From positions 384,001 to 448,000 of the forward strand of contig JAHPZH010000002.1 of the NCBI GenBank assembly GCA_019058315.1: a stretch of 64,000 bases of DNA. Reading direction: 5' to 3'. Source of the stretch: Candidatus Helarchaeota archaeon (GTDB lineage Archaea; Asgardarchaeota; Lokiarchaeia; Helarchaeales; RDOG01). Shown here piece after piece: positions 28,535 through 38,688 of the stretch. Position 1 is the first letter of the stretch. Each line of letters opens with the position of its first letter. The notes beneath the pieces are model-generated. The model was given only the letters and a program-made list of their open reading frames with translations, was not told where the DNA came from and did no database searches. The position numbers and the translations under genes were made by a program.

Positions 28535-31501
28535 TTATTTTTCCGATTTTTTGAAATAGAATTGAATATCCACGTTTTCTATTGACAATTTACCCGAAAC
28601 GAAACCTTTTTTGACTTTATCTGGAGCTGATTTTACTATTTGAATTGTTTGAGCTCTTGTAATTGAAGTTATCATATCCTGAAACGTTGTTAATTTATCT
28701 AAAACGTCTTTATCATTACAAACCACTATTAATTCTATAGTTTCCTTCACATGGAATTTGTTTTTCTTCCGATTTTGCTGAATATGTCTTGTTAGCTCCC
28801 TGACCATATGTTCTGCTTTTAGTTCATCTTTTACTTCAGTTTCGAGTCCAACTGAGCACTTAGGTCGTTCTTTGAATTTTATTGTCTTCTTTTTCGGGGC
28901 TGATTTTACAACCTCTGTAGTTTTTACATTCGCTTGATTATTTATTATATCTAATAAGTTATCAATTTTATTCATTTTTTCCTTGGGAACAATTATTGCC
29001 TTAAGCAAAGGATAACGTAGTTTTATTCCTTCTTCTTGGCGAATGGATAAAAGAGATTCCACAATATGTTTAACCAGTTCCATTGATTCTTCCAATTCAG
29101 GTTTAATAAGTTTGGTATTTGTTTTTGGCCATTTAAGTAATTGGATGCTTTCTGGAGTTTTAGTTTCAGCAGGTCGAACTAAATGTTGGTAGAGTTCTTC
29201 AGATAAAAATGGTATGGCGGGTGTACTAAGTACGATAAGAGTACGGAGGACTTCATATAACGTTGCCATAGCTGCAGAATCTTGATTATTTATACGATCT
29301 CTGATTATTCTCACGTACCAATGACTAAGGTCGCTCATATAAAAATCCTGTAATAATTTCGGAATTTTTGGTAAATTATACGTTTCAAACTCTTCTGTCA
29401 CGTTTTTGATTAAAGAATTTAATCTTGAAAGAAGCCAAGTATCTTCAATTTGAAGTTTCATTTTACTAAGATTATGTTTTGTTGGATCAAAGTCTGCAAT
29501 TTTTAGAAACGTAGTAGCATAAACATAGACATTATATATAACATTTAGCATACGATGAGCATCTTTTAATTCAGTCCATACGAATTTCATATCTTCTCCG
29601 GGTGCTGTTGATTTAACGGAATAGAATCTGAAAGCTTCTGAGCCATACTTTTCTATTACTTCTTCTGGTGCTACGACATTTCCTATAGATTTACTCATAG
29701 GTCGTCCTTCTTCATCCATTGTAAATCCATGCATATATACTGCCTCGTAAGGACGAGTTTCTGACGATACAATACTCGAAGACATCAAAGTATTAAACCA
29801 ACCACGAATTTGGTCCTTTCCTTCTAATATGAAATCTGCTTTTTTCCAGTTATCAAAGTCATTTTTTCCATAAACAACCATATTTGTAGACCACATACCG
29901 GATCCTGAATCTAACCAAACATCCAATACATCTGGAATTCGTTTTTTAGTTCCACCGCATTTGCATTTCCAAGTAACTTCGTCTATCCAAGGTCTGTGGA
30001 GATCTTCAGGAACTTTATTAGAAAGCTTCTTCAGTTCATCTACTGACCCTATAATTGTAACATCGTCACATTTATCACATTCCCAAATTGGCAGCGGAGT
30101 TCCCCAATATCTTTGACGGGAAATACACCAGTCCCAAAGATTCGAAATCCAGTTGTGAAACCAACCACCTGCCCATTGAGGTTGCCAATAGACTTTTTTA
30201 TTTTCACTTATCATGAGTTCATGCAGTACACTCATTTTAAAGAACCACTGTTCAATATTTCGATAGATGAGTGGTGTTTTACACCTCCAGCAGTGAGCAT
30301 ACTCATGTTTTAATGTACCTAGATTTAACAATGTTCCTTTTTTCTTCAAATCATCCAATATTTTTTTGTTTGCATCTTTAACATAGAGTCCTTTGTATTT
30401 TCCTCCTTCTTCGGTAAAGTTCCCTGCAGAATCAAGAGGTGAAAAAGCTGGCACTTTGTATTTTAAACCAACTATGTAATCCTCTTGTCCATGCCCAGGA
30501 GCAGAATGAACTAATCCAGTGCCTCCTTTATCTACAGTAACATATTCTTCAGATAAAATAACTGTATGAACATTTGGATTTCCTTTTTCATATTCTAAAT
30601 TTTTAGGAACTTCTTCAGCTAATGGAGGAATGTATTTTAATCCTTCTAATTTTTCTCCTAAAAATTCTTCAATTATTTTAAAATCTTTGCCCAATAATCC
30701 TTGAATTACTGCTGTAGACAATGCTTTAGAAATTATCCAGACTTCATTACCAACTTTCGCTCGAATGTAGTTATATGTAGGATTCACCATAACTGCTAAA
30801 TTAGCAGGAAGTGTCCAAGGCGTTGTTGTAAATATTAGTAAATACTCATTTTTTTTATCTTTCACCTTAAATTTTAGAAATAAGGAGATATCTTCAATAT
30901 TATAATATTCAAATTCATGTTTAGCAAGCGCCGTTTCACATCTAGGGCATGTATTTAACGGTCGAGCACCTTTATACAAGTATCCATTATCCCATGCCTT
31001 TCGAATAGCCCACCATATTCCTTCTATATAGCTATTAAAGACTGTTTCGTAAGGATGTTCCCAATCATAAAAGCACGCCAGCCTTTTAAACTGTTCATTC
31101 ATTTTCCATAAATTTGTTTCTGCAAATTCACGACATTTTTTAATAAAATTTTCTAGACCAAATGCTTCTATTTCCTTTTTATTAGATATTTCTAATTCTT
31201 TTTCCATTAAAACTTCAATAGGTAATCCGTGCATATCATATCCTGGATTTACTTTTACATAATGACCTGTCATGCTTTTATAGCGGAGTACATAATCTTT
31301 CAAGACCTTATTCCAAGCAGTACCTAAGTGAATTGCTCCTGTTGTATAGGGAGGACCGTCAATAAATTTCCATTCAGGATCATTTTGTTCCAAATTCTTT
31401 TTCCAAATTTTTTCGAAGATTTTATTCTTTTCCCAGAATTTTAGAATTTTATCTTCCATCTCTTTAAATACAATTTTTTTTGGCAGTTCTTTTATTGGCA
31501 T
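28535..31501 (-). CDS. ileS: Isoleucyl-tRNA synthetase (archaeal/eukaryal type)
   Basis: DGPPYTTGAIHLGT (HIGH), GYDMHGLPIE, TTTPWTLPAN, GTGLVHSAPGHG, WCISRQRYWG, EGKDQIRGWF, PMSKS. Confidence 0.97.
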   Translation of the reverse strand: MPIKELPKKIVFKEMEDKILKFWEKNKIFEKIWKKNLEQNDPEWKFIDGPPYTTGAIHLGTAWNKVLKDYVLRYKSMTGHYVKVNPGYDMHGLPIEVLMEKELEISNKKEIEAFGLENFIKKCREFAETNLWKMNEQFKRLACFYDWEHPYETVFNSYIEGIWWAIRKAWDNGYLYKGARPLNTCPRCETALAKHEFEYYNIEDISLFLKFKVKDKKNEYLLIFTTTPWTLPANLAVMVNPTYNYIRAKVGNEVWIISKALSTAVIQGLLGKDFKIIEEFLGEKLEGLKYIPPLAEEVPKNLEYEKGNPNVHTVILSEEYVTVDKGGTGLVHSAPGHGQEDYIVGLKYKVPAFSPLDSAGNFTEEGGKYKGLYVKDANKKILDDLKKKGTLLNLGTLKHEYAHCWRCKTPLIYRNIEQWFFKMSVLHELMISENKKVYWQPQWAGGWFHNWISNLWDWCISRQRYWGTPLPIWECDKCDDVTIIGSVDELKKLSNKVPEDLHRPWIDEVTWKCKCGGTKKRIPDVLDVWLDSGSGMWSTNMVVYGKNDFDNWKKADFILEGKDQIRGWFNTLMSSSIVSSETRPYEAVYMHGFTMDEEGRPMSKSIGNVVAPEEVIEKYGSEAFRFYSVKSTAPGEDMKFVWTELKDAHRMLNVIYNVYVYATTFLKIADFDPTKHNLSKMKLQIEDTWLLSRLNSLIKNVTEEFETYNLPKIPKLLQDFYMSDLSHWYVRIIRDRINNQDSAAMATLYEVLRTLIVLSTPAIPFLSEELYQHLVRPAETKTPESIQLLKWPKTNTKLIKPELEESMELVKHIVESLLSIRQEEGIKLRYPLLKAIIVPKEKMNKIDNLLDIINNQANVKTTEVVKSAPKKKTIKFKERPKCSVGLETEVKDELKAEHMVRELTRHIQQNRKKNKFHVKETIELIVVCNDKDVLDKLTTFQDMITSITRAQTIQIVKSAPDKVKKGFVSGKLSIENVDIQFYFKKSEK

Positions 31502-31713
31502 TTACACTAACATCTCCTCAAATTTCAATTGAATTAATGATGAAAGATGACTTAGTCTAAAAAAGTAGCTGTTTTCATTTTTAATTTTTTTTATTTTTGT
31601 TTTGGTCGCTAATTTCGCAAACCCTCATTAAAGTCACCTAGCATTAATAAAATTGATCGTGTATTATAAAGGTTATGTTTTAAGTTAAATTATCTAATTT
31701 TTTTCTATAAATT

Positions 31714-32583
31714 TTATCTCTGTATCTTGTTTTTTATATTAGCAATTTTTTCATAATATTTAGCAACATTTTTATGTTGTTGTAGTCTATTTAAGATTCT
31801 TTTTCTTGATATAAATCGTGGATCTGTAATAACTGCCAAAGTATTTGTCATATTGATTTTTCCTCCGTTATATCTGCAATATTTTCTTAATGCTGAACTG
31901 AATATAGAGTCAATTCCTTTTGAATTTGGAACAGGTTTTAATCCTCCAATTTTTTTAAAAATATCTCTTCTTACGCACATATTAGATCCACTAAATTCTA
32001 TAAACCCGAAAAAAGATCTAGTCACGTAGTATAAAACTAACAATTGAGATAACGAAAAATATTTTGTGATTGGAAAAACTTTTTTATTTCGAATAAAATA
32101 ATAAAACATTAATTGACAAAAAATCAGTATCCCGAATAATAATGAAGATGCCAATATTAAAATAAGTGATATGAAGATTGTACCTGCAGAAATTAAATAA
32201 TCACTTTTATAAATATGAGGAGCACTGCATGCTAGTAAATTTTTATTCTTTTGGAATTTTTTATATATTATTTCAAAATAATTTTCTGGAAGTTGGGTGT
32301 CCGCATCAAGAAAAATTAAAATTTTCCCATTAGATTGTTTTACGGCATAATTGATTTGAGGAACTTTTCCCTTTTTTGGTGATTCTAATACTTGTACATA
32401 TTTTTGTGCAATTTCTACAGTTCTATCGTTACTTCCTCCATCACATACCAAGATTTCATAAATTAAATTAGTTTTTTGATTTTTAACTGAAAATATTGTT
32501 CTTTTTATATTATTCTCTTCATTATAAGTTGGAATTATAACAGTTAAGGAGATTTGGTCCGTGCTCAGAAAAAATTCCTCCAT
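31714..32583 (-). CDS. GT2 family glycosyltransferase
   Basis: VIIPTYNEE, VCDGGSNDRT, FLDAD, GSNMCVRRDIFKKIGG; internal TM segment. Confidence 0.9.
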   Translation of the reverse strand: MEEFFLSTDQISLTVIIPTYNEENNIKRTIFSVKNQKTNLIYEILVCDGGSNDRTVEIAQKYVQVLESPKKGKVPQINYAVKQSNGKILIFLDADTQLPENYFEIIYKKFQKNKNLLACSAPHIYKSDYLISAGTIFISLILILASSLLFGILIFCQLMFYYFIRNKKVFPITKYFSLSQLLVLYYVTRSFFGFIEFSGSNMCVRRDIFKKIGGLKPVPNSKGIDSIFSSALRKYCRYNGGKINMTNTLAVITDPRFISRKRILNRLQQHKNVAKYYEKIANIKNKIQR

Positions 32584-32601
32584 AATTTAAAAAATATGAT
32601 T

Positions 32602-33960
32602 TTATTCACCTGTTTTTTCCCATTCTAATGTTTCTGGCAATCTGAATTGTGAAACGAACATATAACCAACATTTCTAATATGCCAAGGGAAGTAAAGTAA
32701 GTTTGAATAATGTTTATCTCCATACTTCCTCACTCCATTTACTATGTGACCAAATAAAAATATGAACATGGTCAAGCTAACAAGGACAAGATAATAATCT
32801 TGAATTAAAACGAATATTAAAGTAAAAATTATTGAACCGACAGTGAAAAGTGGAAAATGGGCAAAATGTAGCATCGCAAAATTTCTAGTAATCACCGTTC
32901 TTAATGCTTTTGTACTGGATTGCATAAGTTTTCCTGCATCTCTTCTGTAACCAAATATCCAGCGATTGCGTTGTTTTTTGAAATTTTGAGACTTTTCAGG
33001 TTCTTTTGAATAAATAACTGCATTTGGTGCAAAAACTATTTTCTTATTTTTAACTGCAAGTTGGACTGATATTAATAAATCTTCTGCTAAAGCATCTTCA
33101 TCAAAATTTCCAACTTCTTCGAGATCTTTTTTGGATATTGCCCAATTCCTCCCATATAACCAAATAGTCCTTCCCAATCTCTGGAAAGTTTCATGAAATA
33201 GCCCAGGACCATTATAAGTCGCATTCTCTAATGCAGTACCCCTCGTTAGAGTATTTTTATTCCAATTTTCTACTTTAAGTGGTCCAACAACGGCTCTGTT
33301 CTTTTTATTTCTTAAAGGAGCAATCAGATTATGCAATGTATCTGGAAGCAATTTTGCTCCTGAATCATAGAACACTAATATCTCATTTTTAGCTTCAGAG
33401 ACAGCATAATTTAAAGCTGGTGGTTTGCCTTTCTTTTTCAGGCTTTTATTAAGAATTCTAATCGGATGTTCCTGATTGATATATTGTTTACAAATTTCCT
33501 CGCTATTATCCGTTGATCCACTAATCACTGCTAAAATTTCCATTTTCTCTTTCGGATAATCAGATTTTAAAATTGTATCTAATGTACTTTTTAAGCCATC
33601 TGCTTCATTCAAAGATGGTATAATAACACTTAAACCAGGCTCAAAACTCTTGTCGTATTTTTTATAACCACCAAAACCGGCAAAAAAGAAAATACCAAAT
33701 AATAGCGGATAAAAGATAAATAAAACTAAAAGCCCAAGATATGCGAATATCCCTAATATATCCAGTGGATGTAAATTTCGATAAAACATACTAGATAAAC
33801 TATTATTTAATAAGTTTTGATTTAAATTATTAAATATATAATCTACCACTCTCATAAGGTAAGAATATTCCCTAGGAAAGATTATATGATAGATTGCAAA
33901 AATAAAAATTACTATTATAGAATAGAAAAGATATCTAATTTTTGTCATAGGATTTAGCAC
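32602..33960 (-). CDS. Membrane-bound processive GT2 glycosyltransferase (cellulose/PNAG synthase-like)
   Basis: VIIPSLNE, KGKPPALN, LAED, QRNRW (QxxRW); flanking TM helices. Confidence 0.9.
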   Translation of the reverse strand: MLNPMTKIRYLFYSIIVIFIFAIYHIIFPREYSYLMRVVDYIFNNLNQNLLNNSLSSMFYRNLHPLDILGIFAYLGLLVLFIFYPLLFGIFFFAGFGGYKKYDKSFEPGLSVIIPSLNEADGLKSTLDTILKSDYPKEKMEILAVISGSTDNSEEICKQYINQEHPIRILNKSLKKKGKPPALNYAVSEAKNEILVFYDSGAKLLPDTLHNLIAPLRNKKNRAVVGPLKVENWNKNTLTRGTALENATYNGPGLFHETFQRLGRTIWLYGRNWAISKKDLEEVGNFDEDALAEDLLISVQLAVKNKKIVFAPNAVIYSKEPEKSQNFKKQRNRWIFGYRRDAGKLMQSSTKALRTVITRNFAMLHFAHFPLFTVGSIIFTLIFVLIQDYYLVLVSLTMFIFLFGHIVNGVRKYGDKHYSNLLYFPWHIRNVGYMFVSQFRLPETLEWEKTGE

Positions 33961-34014
33961 CTCGTTTTATTTTATTGAAAAATATTGAAAAATAGATAAA
34001 AAATAAAGATTTTC

Positions 34015-34641
34015 TCACAAATTTCCCCTCCCAAAAGGATTTAGTTTAAAAAAATAGTAGTTAAGAAAATTTGAAAAAGCTGAAAGTACCGATTTAAATT
34101 TATTAAATACTAGTCTTACATAATAGAAAAAATACTGAATATGATATAAATAAATAAAATGTAATCGATTTACATGAGAAATCTGCTGATTTTCAGTTAT
34201 TTTAAATAATTTTTGAGGGCTCTTATCTCTTTTTCTCTCTAATATAAAATCTTTACTAGAGCGTTCTTTTTTATTAAATGTTATAAAACCAATCTCTTTT
34301 TTAAAAATTTTAGTATAAATAAAAATTCTAAATTTTTTTGAAAATTGAAGTTTAACTATTCCAGGTTGTATAATCAATTCAACCAATAACCAAAATAATA
34401 TCAAAGATGGAATTATTTCTTCGATTAAGCGAATATGTAAGTTGAATTGTAACTGATAGAAGAAATAGAAATTTATTACAAAAAAGATTGTATGTAATGA
34501 ATTTATTAAAATTTGGAAAAGTGGAATAGAACAAGTCCCAACTATTAGTAAAATAAAACTCAATACAAATAATTTTGAGTAGTTAATAAATTTCAATTGA
34601 TTTCTCCGTAGATTATATTTCAGTTTATTATCATTCAACAC
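34015..34641 (-). CDS. Hypothetical membrane protein (uncertain)
   Basis: 208-aa hydrophobic ORF co-oriented with its neighbours; no recognisable motif. Confidence 0.4.
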   Translation of the reverse strand: MLNDNKLKYNLRRNQLKFINYSKLFVLSFILLIVGTCSIPLFQILINSLHTIFFVINFYFFYQLQFNLHIRLIEEIIPSLILFWLLVELIIQPGIVKLQFSKKFRIFIYTKIFKKEIGFITFNKKERSSKDFILERKRDKSPQKLFKITENQQISHVNRLHFIYLYHIQYFFYYVRLVFNKFKSVLSAFSNFLNYYFFKLNPFGRGNL

Positions 34642-34718
34642 TTATTTAAAAATTTCGAATTATATCTTTATTATAATATTTTTAAAATTCTTTAAAAAAA
34701 GGATTGAAGAGAGAGAAG

Positions 34719-35639
34719 CTATTCAACCTTATCAAGATGTTTCTTACCATATATAGTTAGATGAATTATAGAAATTATGGAAAAGCCAAATAATATTATG
34801 AACATTAGAGGAATTAACCAGTTTGCATAAAACATATTATTTATGAACAATTGCCCTTCTTGAAACACTGGACTATAAAGTGAGATAAAAGCACCACCTA
34901 ATATTCCAATTAATAAGGCCATGACAAATACACGCCAAGGTCTTTCGCCTATTGTCATTGGAGTTTCTTCAAGACCCAACCCCTGTTGTCTTGCTCTACA
35001 ATATTCTTGAATGAGAGTTGTAGCGATTGTTAATAAACCAATTATTACAAAGAGGTCAAGATAGGCATTTCCAAAGAAATCAAAATAATGTACAAGATAT
35101 CCAAGAGGTCCAAATATGCTTGAATATAAAGGTCCATGTATTTCGGCATATGTCAAGAGATATAGAATAGGTCCTATCATCCAAACAATATCTCCAAATT
35201 TATCTATCAATGCATCGAAATATGCACCAAACATAGTTTCTTTCTCTTGAATTCCGGCAATACAACCATCAACACTGTCTAAAATGCCCGAAAACATTAT
35301 AGAAAGTGCTGCAAAATAAATATAAGCTCCACCTAACCCAAAAAAGAAAATCGAATAAAATCCAAGTAAGAAGTTAAAAATAGTCATTTTATTTGGTGTA
35401 AAGCCAAATTTAGCGAAACCTTTCGAAAAATTATATACTAAATTCGAATATGGAACAAGAGGGCCAGGACATTCTTCGGGAGTTTTATCGGGTTGCCCAT
35501 GGGAATTTAGCCATTTTATCATATATTCCCTAAAAGGCAAGATATTACCGACTTTCTCACGTTTTAAAAATGTATAGACTAAAAATACAGCTGTAATTAT
35601 GATTAAGGAAATACCATAATAAAAAATAAAATCTATCAA
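34719..35639 (-). CDS. CDP-alcohol phosphatidyltransferase
   Basis: TPNxMT and DSVDGCIA...GAYFDALIDKFGD signature; EYCRAR, IGERP. Confidence 0.92.
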   Translation of the reverse strand: MIDFIFYYGISLIIITAVFLVYTFLKREKVGNILPFREYMIKWLNSHGQPDKTPEECPGPLVPYSNLVYNFSKGFAKFGFTPNKMTIFNFLLGFYSIFFFGLGGAYIYFAALSIMFSGILDSVDGCIAGIQEKETMFGAYFDALIDKFGDIVWMIGPILYLLTYAEIHGPLYSSIFGPLGYLVHYFDFFGNAYLDLFVIIGLLTIATTLIQEYCRARQQGLGLEETPMTIGERPWRVFVMALLIGILGGAFISLYSPVFQEGQLFINNMFYANWLIPLMFIILFGFSIISIIHLTIYGKKHLDKVE

Positions 35640-35751
35640 TGTATTTTGCTCCTATGTCTTATCCATTCAATTATTATTAGCAATTTTTTGATAAATTTAA
35701 AATATAGGAAAAAAATTATTCCCTAAATTTAAAAACTTTTGCTTTGTAGTA

Positions 35752-37803
35752 TTGGTAGGGAATTACATGAGTGATGACATTAGAATATCTGACAGAATAA
35801 AACGAATAAAAGAATTAGTACTTAAAGGGAATAAACTTTTAGAGCAGCAAAAATATGATCAAGCCTTATCTACGTTTGATGAAGTTATCACTGAGGAACC
35901 TAGATTTTTTGATGCTATAATTGGTAAAATGAAGGTATATAGGGAGTTATATCAATGGGAAAACGTAATAAAATGTTGTGATAAAATTCTTGAGATAAAT
36001 CCAAATGAAATCACAGCAATAGAGCATAAAATTTGGTCTTTATACGCATTGGATAAGATTGATGAGGCTTTAAATCTCGCTAAAAAAGCACAAAGAACAT
36101 ATCCTGATAATTATACTATTCAACAATGTATAGATGCAAGTCTTGAGAAGAAACAAAAAATAGAAAAGCCTGTTATCGCTAAGGAGAGAATAATAAAAAA
36201 GCCAATTGCTGAAAGGAAGATTGAACCAGAAACAAGACCCCTTGAAGAATTAGAAACGGTTAGAGCACTCCCAGACACCTCTGAAATGAGAAAAACAAAC
36301 AAATTCTTAATTGTTGTAGTTTATAGCTATTTAATGGCTGCTATAATTACTTTTTTGATTATCGATGTTCTATTTTTTAATAATTTAAATTATTATACAC
36401 GTTTATTTATTCAAATTGGTCTCTATGGTTGCTTATTGATTTCATTTCTTATCTTAATAAGTTTTGATAAGCACACAACGATAAGAGAACTTGGAATATC
36501 AACTGAGAATTTACTTAATTCAATTTTAATAGGAATTTTTGTTTCTTCTGGGTTTGTTATCGTTGCATTATTATTTTGGATAGGTCCAATAATTGAAGAT
36601 TTCTTAACAATTTTAACAATTGGATTTTTAACTATCTTTATTGGAATAGTTGAAGAATTCTTTTTCAGAGGGTATATTGAAAGTAAAGCAAGAAAAAGTT
36701 CAAGAAAAATGATTGCAATATTAATTACTGGAATATTATTCGCTGTATTGCATGTTCCAAAATATTTACTCCTTCCTATTGTATCTAGAAATTATTCTTA
36801 TTTAGCCTCTATTCCCTCAACAGTTCAATCATTAATAATATTAGGTTTATTATTTGGATTTATTCGAGAAAATACAAAAAATATTATTGGACCCATTATT
36901 GCACATTCAACTTGGGATTTTTATCTTCTAATATATATGCCGTCTACTACATATCAGCTATATTCAATTGCAAACCCGGGATATTTTATGATATTTCAGA
37001 TGGTAGCATCGTATGCAATGCTGGGGACTTTCTTATTGGCTTGGCTATTATCAAGTCGATCAAAAGTCAATACACTTGAAGATCCTCGGGAACTTCCTAT
37101 ACAAATTGCAGAATTATATTCTAAAGCAGATAAGTATAAAAAAACAATATCAAAATTACAAAACAAAATTAATTACTTATCTAGAAGGCAAGATTATTAT
37201 AAGCAACATAATTATTATGCATATCGAAGTCTAGAATTGAAAAAGAGAAAAATACAAAGTAAAATCGATTTTTACAAAAATGAAAGAGAAAATATTCTGA
37301 ATTTAGCGGAGAATATCACTTTAGAAAACTATAATGAAATGATGGATAATAAAGATAGACAATTAATAATAGCAAAGAACGATCTAAACCTTTCACTTAG
37401 AAATGCAACTAGAGAACCCATTTCATTTAAACCAGAAAGATTAGCAAGCCCTAGAATTAACCAATTTGGCTTTAATGTCATGCCAATCAATTCTAAAATT
37501 CAAGAACTTGAACGAAAAAAAGAATCCATTCAAAGAAAAATCGAGTCATATTCCTTAAAGCAGGAAAGGATACAATATAGAAATCCGCGTTATGTAAGGC
37601 AACTAGAAGTTAAAATAGAAAAATTTCGTTGTCAAATTGAATATTATGACATACTCATTGATACCTATAAAAATATAGCAAGTACTATATCTAATACTAA
37701 TTATAGGGAAAAACGAAAGTTACTTAATGAGAAAACAAGATATGCGAAACGTGAGCTAAATGAAAAAATTCGAAGTATTAATTTACAATATTATAGGCGA
37801 TAA
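35752..37803 (+). CDS. TPR - CPBP/CAAX (Rce1-like) intramembrane protease - coiled-coil fusion
   Basis: N-terminal TPRs; EEFFFRG, LFAVLH, IIAHSTWD motifs; soluble helical C-terminus. Confidence 0.85.
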   Translation: MVGNYMSDDIRISDRIKRIKELVLKGNKLLEQQKYDQALSTFDEVITEEPRFFDAIIGKMKVYRELYQWENVIKCCDKILEINPNEITAIEHKIWSLYALDKIDEALNLAKKAQRTYPDNYTIQQCIDASLEKKQKIEKPVIAKERIIKKPIAERKIEPETRPLEELETVRALPDTSEMRKTNKFLIVVVYSYLMAAIITFLIIDVLFFNNLNYYTRLFIQIGLYGCLLISFLILISFDKHTTIRELGISTENLLNSILIGIFVSSGFVIVALLFWIGPIIEDFLTILTIGFLTIFIGIVEEFFFRGYIESKARKSSRKMIAILITGILFAVLHVPKYLLLPIVSRNYSYLASIPSTVQSLIILGLLFGFIRENTKNIIGPIIAHSTWDFYLLIYMPSTTYQLYSIANPGYFMIFQMVASYAMLGTFLLAWLLSSRSKVNTLEDPRELPIQIAELYSKADKYKKTISKLQNKINYLSRRQDYYKQHNYYAYRSLELKKRKIQSKIDFYKNERENILNLAENITLENYNEMMDNKDRQLIIAKNDLNLSLRNATREPISFKPERLASPRINQFGFNVMPINSKIQELERKKESIQRKIESYSLKQERIQYRNPRYVRQLEVKIEKFRCQIEYYDILIDTYKNIASTISNTNYREKRKLLNEKTRYAKRELNEKIRSINLQYYRR

Positions 37804-37854
37804 TTAGAAATATTATTAAAATATTTTCCTCATATCAATAATTGAGGTTAATTT

Positions 37855-38571
37855 TTGAATATTGCTTTAACATTTGATTTAGAAAAAGATGCTAATTTAC
37901 CCTCAACTTATGGAATTTTAATTGGTTTAAAAAAGATCCTTAATATCCTTAAAAAATATTCTATTAAATCTACATTTTTTGTAACTTCAAATATTGCACA
38001 AATGTATCCAAAAATAATTAAAAAGTTGAGTCAAAGCAATGAAATTGGTAGTCATGGGCATGTTCATAAAAAATATAAGAAAATAGGAGATGCAGAAAAA
38101 AAAGGACTAAAGAAATCAAAAGTTTTACTTGAAGAAATTACTGGAAAGCAAGTCCTAGGATTTAGAGCTCCAAACTTATATACTAATATCAAATTATACA
38201 AAACATTGAAAGAATTAAACTTTGTTTATGATGCATCTGGGAAACCAGATTCAAATTTGGATTCAATTTTTGGCTTAAAAATCTTTAAAGTATCAAGTTT
38301 AAATATTTATTTTCGATTTCCGTTCGGATATAAGTATTTCATAACAAAACAATATCATAATAAAGATGAAATATCTGTCTTCTACTTTCATCCATGGGAA
38401 TCAATAGATATGAAGAGATTATATATTCAAAATAATTCTATTTCTGACTTGTTTTTAAGACCTGACAGATGGTTGAGTACAGGTGAATCATTTTTAGAAA
38501 AATTTGAAGATTTAATTAAATTTTTTATTGCTAGGAAATTCAAATTCCGATTATTGAAAGAAATGTTATAA
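37855..38571 (+). CDS. Polysaccharide deacetylase (NodB/CE4)
   Basis: ALTFDLE, STFFV, EIGSHGHVH, GFRAP, FYFHPWE. Confidence 0.9.
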   Translation: MNIALTFDLEKDANLPSTYGILIGLKKILNILKKYSIKSTFFVTSNIAQMYPKIIKKLSQSNEIGSHGHVHKKYKKIGDAEKKGLKKSKVLLEEITGKQVLGFRAPNLYTNIKLYKTLKELNFVYDASGKPDSNLDSIFGLKIFKVSSLNIYFRFPFGYKYFITKQYHNKDEISVFYFHPWESIDMKRLYIQNNSISDLFLRPDRWLSTGESFLEKFEDLIKFFIARKFKFRLLKEML

Positions 38572-38688
38572 ATTTTATGAATGAAATTTAATTAAATGAA
38601 ACACCCAATAAGTAACTTTTATATCAATTTAAATTTAAAAAATGATTCAAATATCCCTCTATGTTATTTGATTTTGATGAATCAATAT

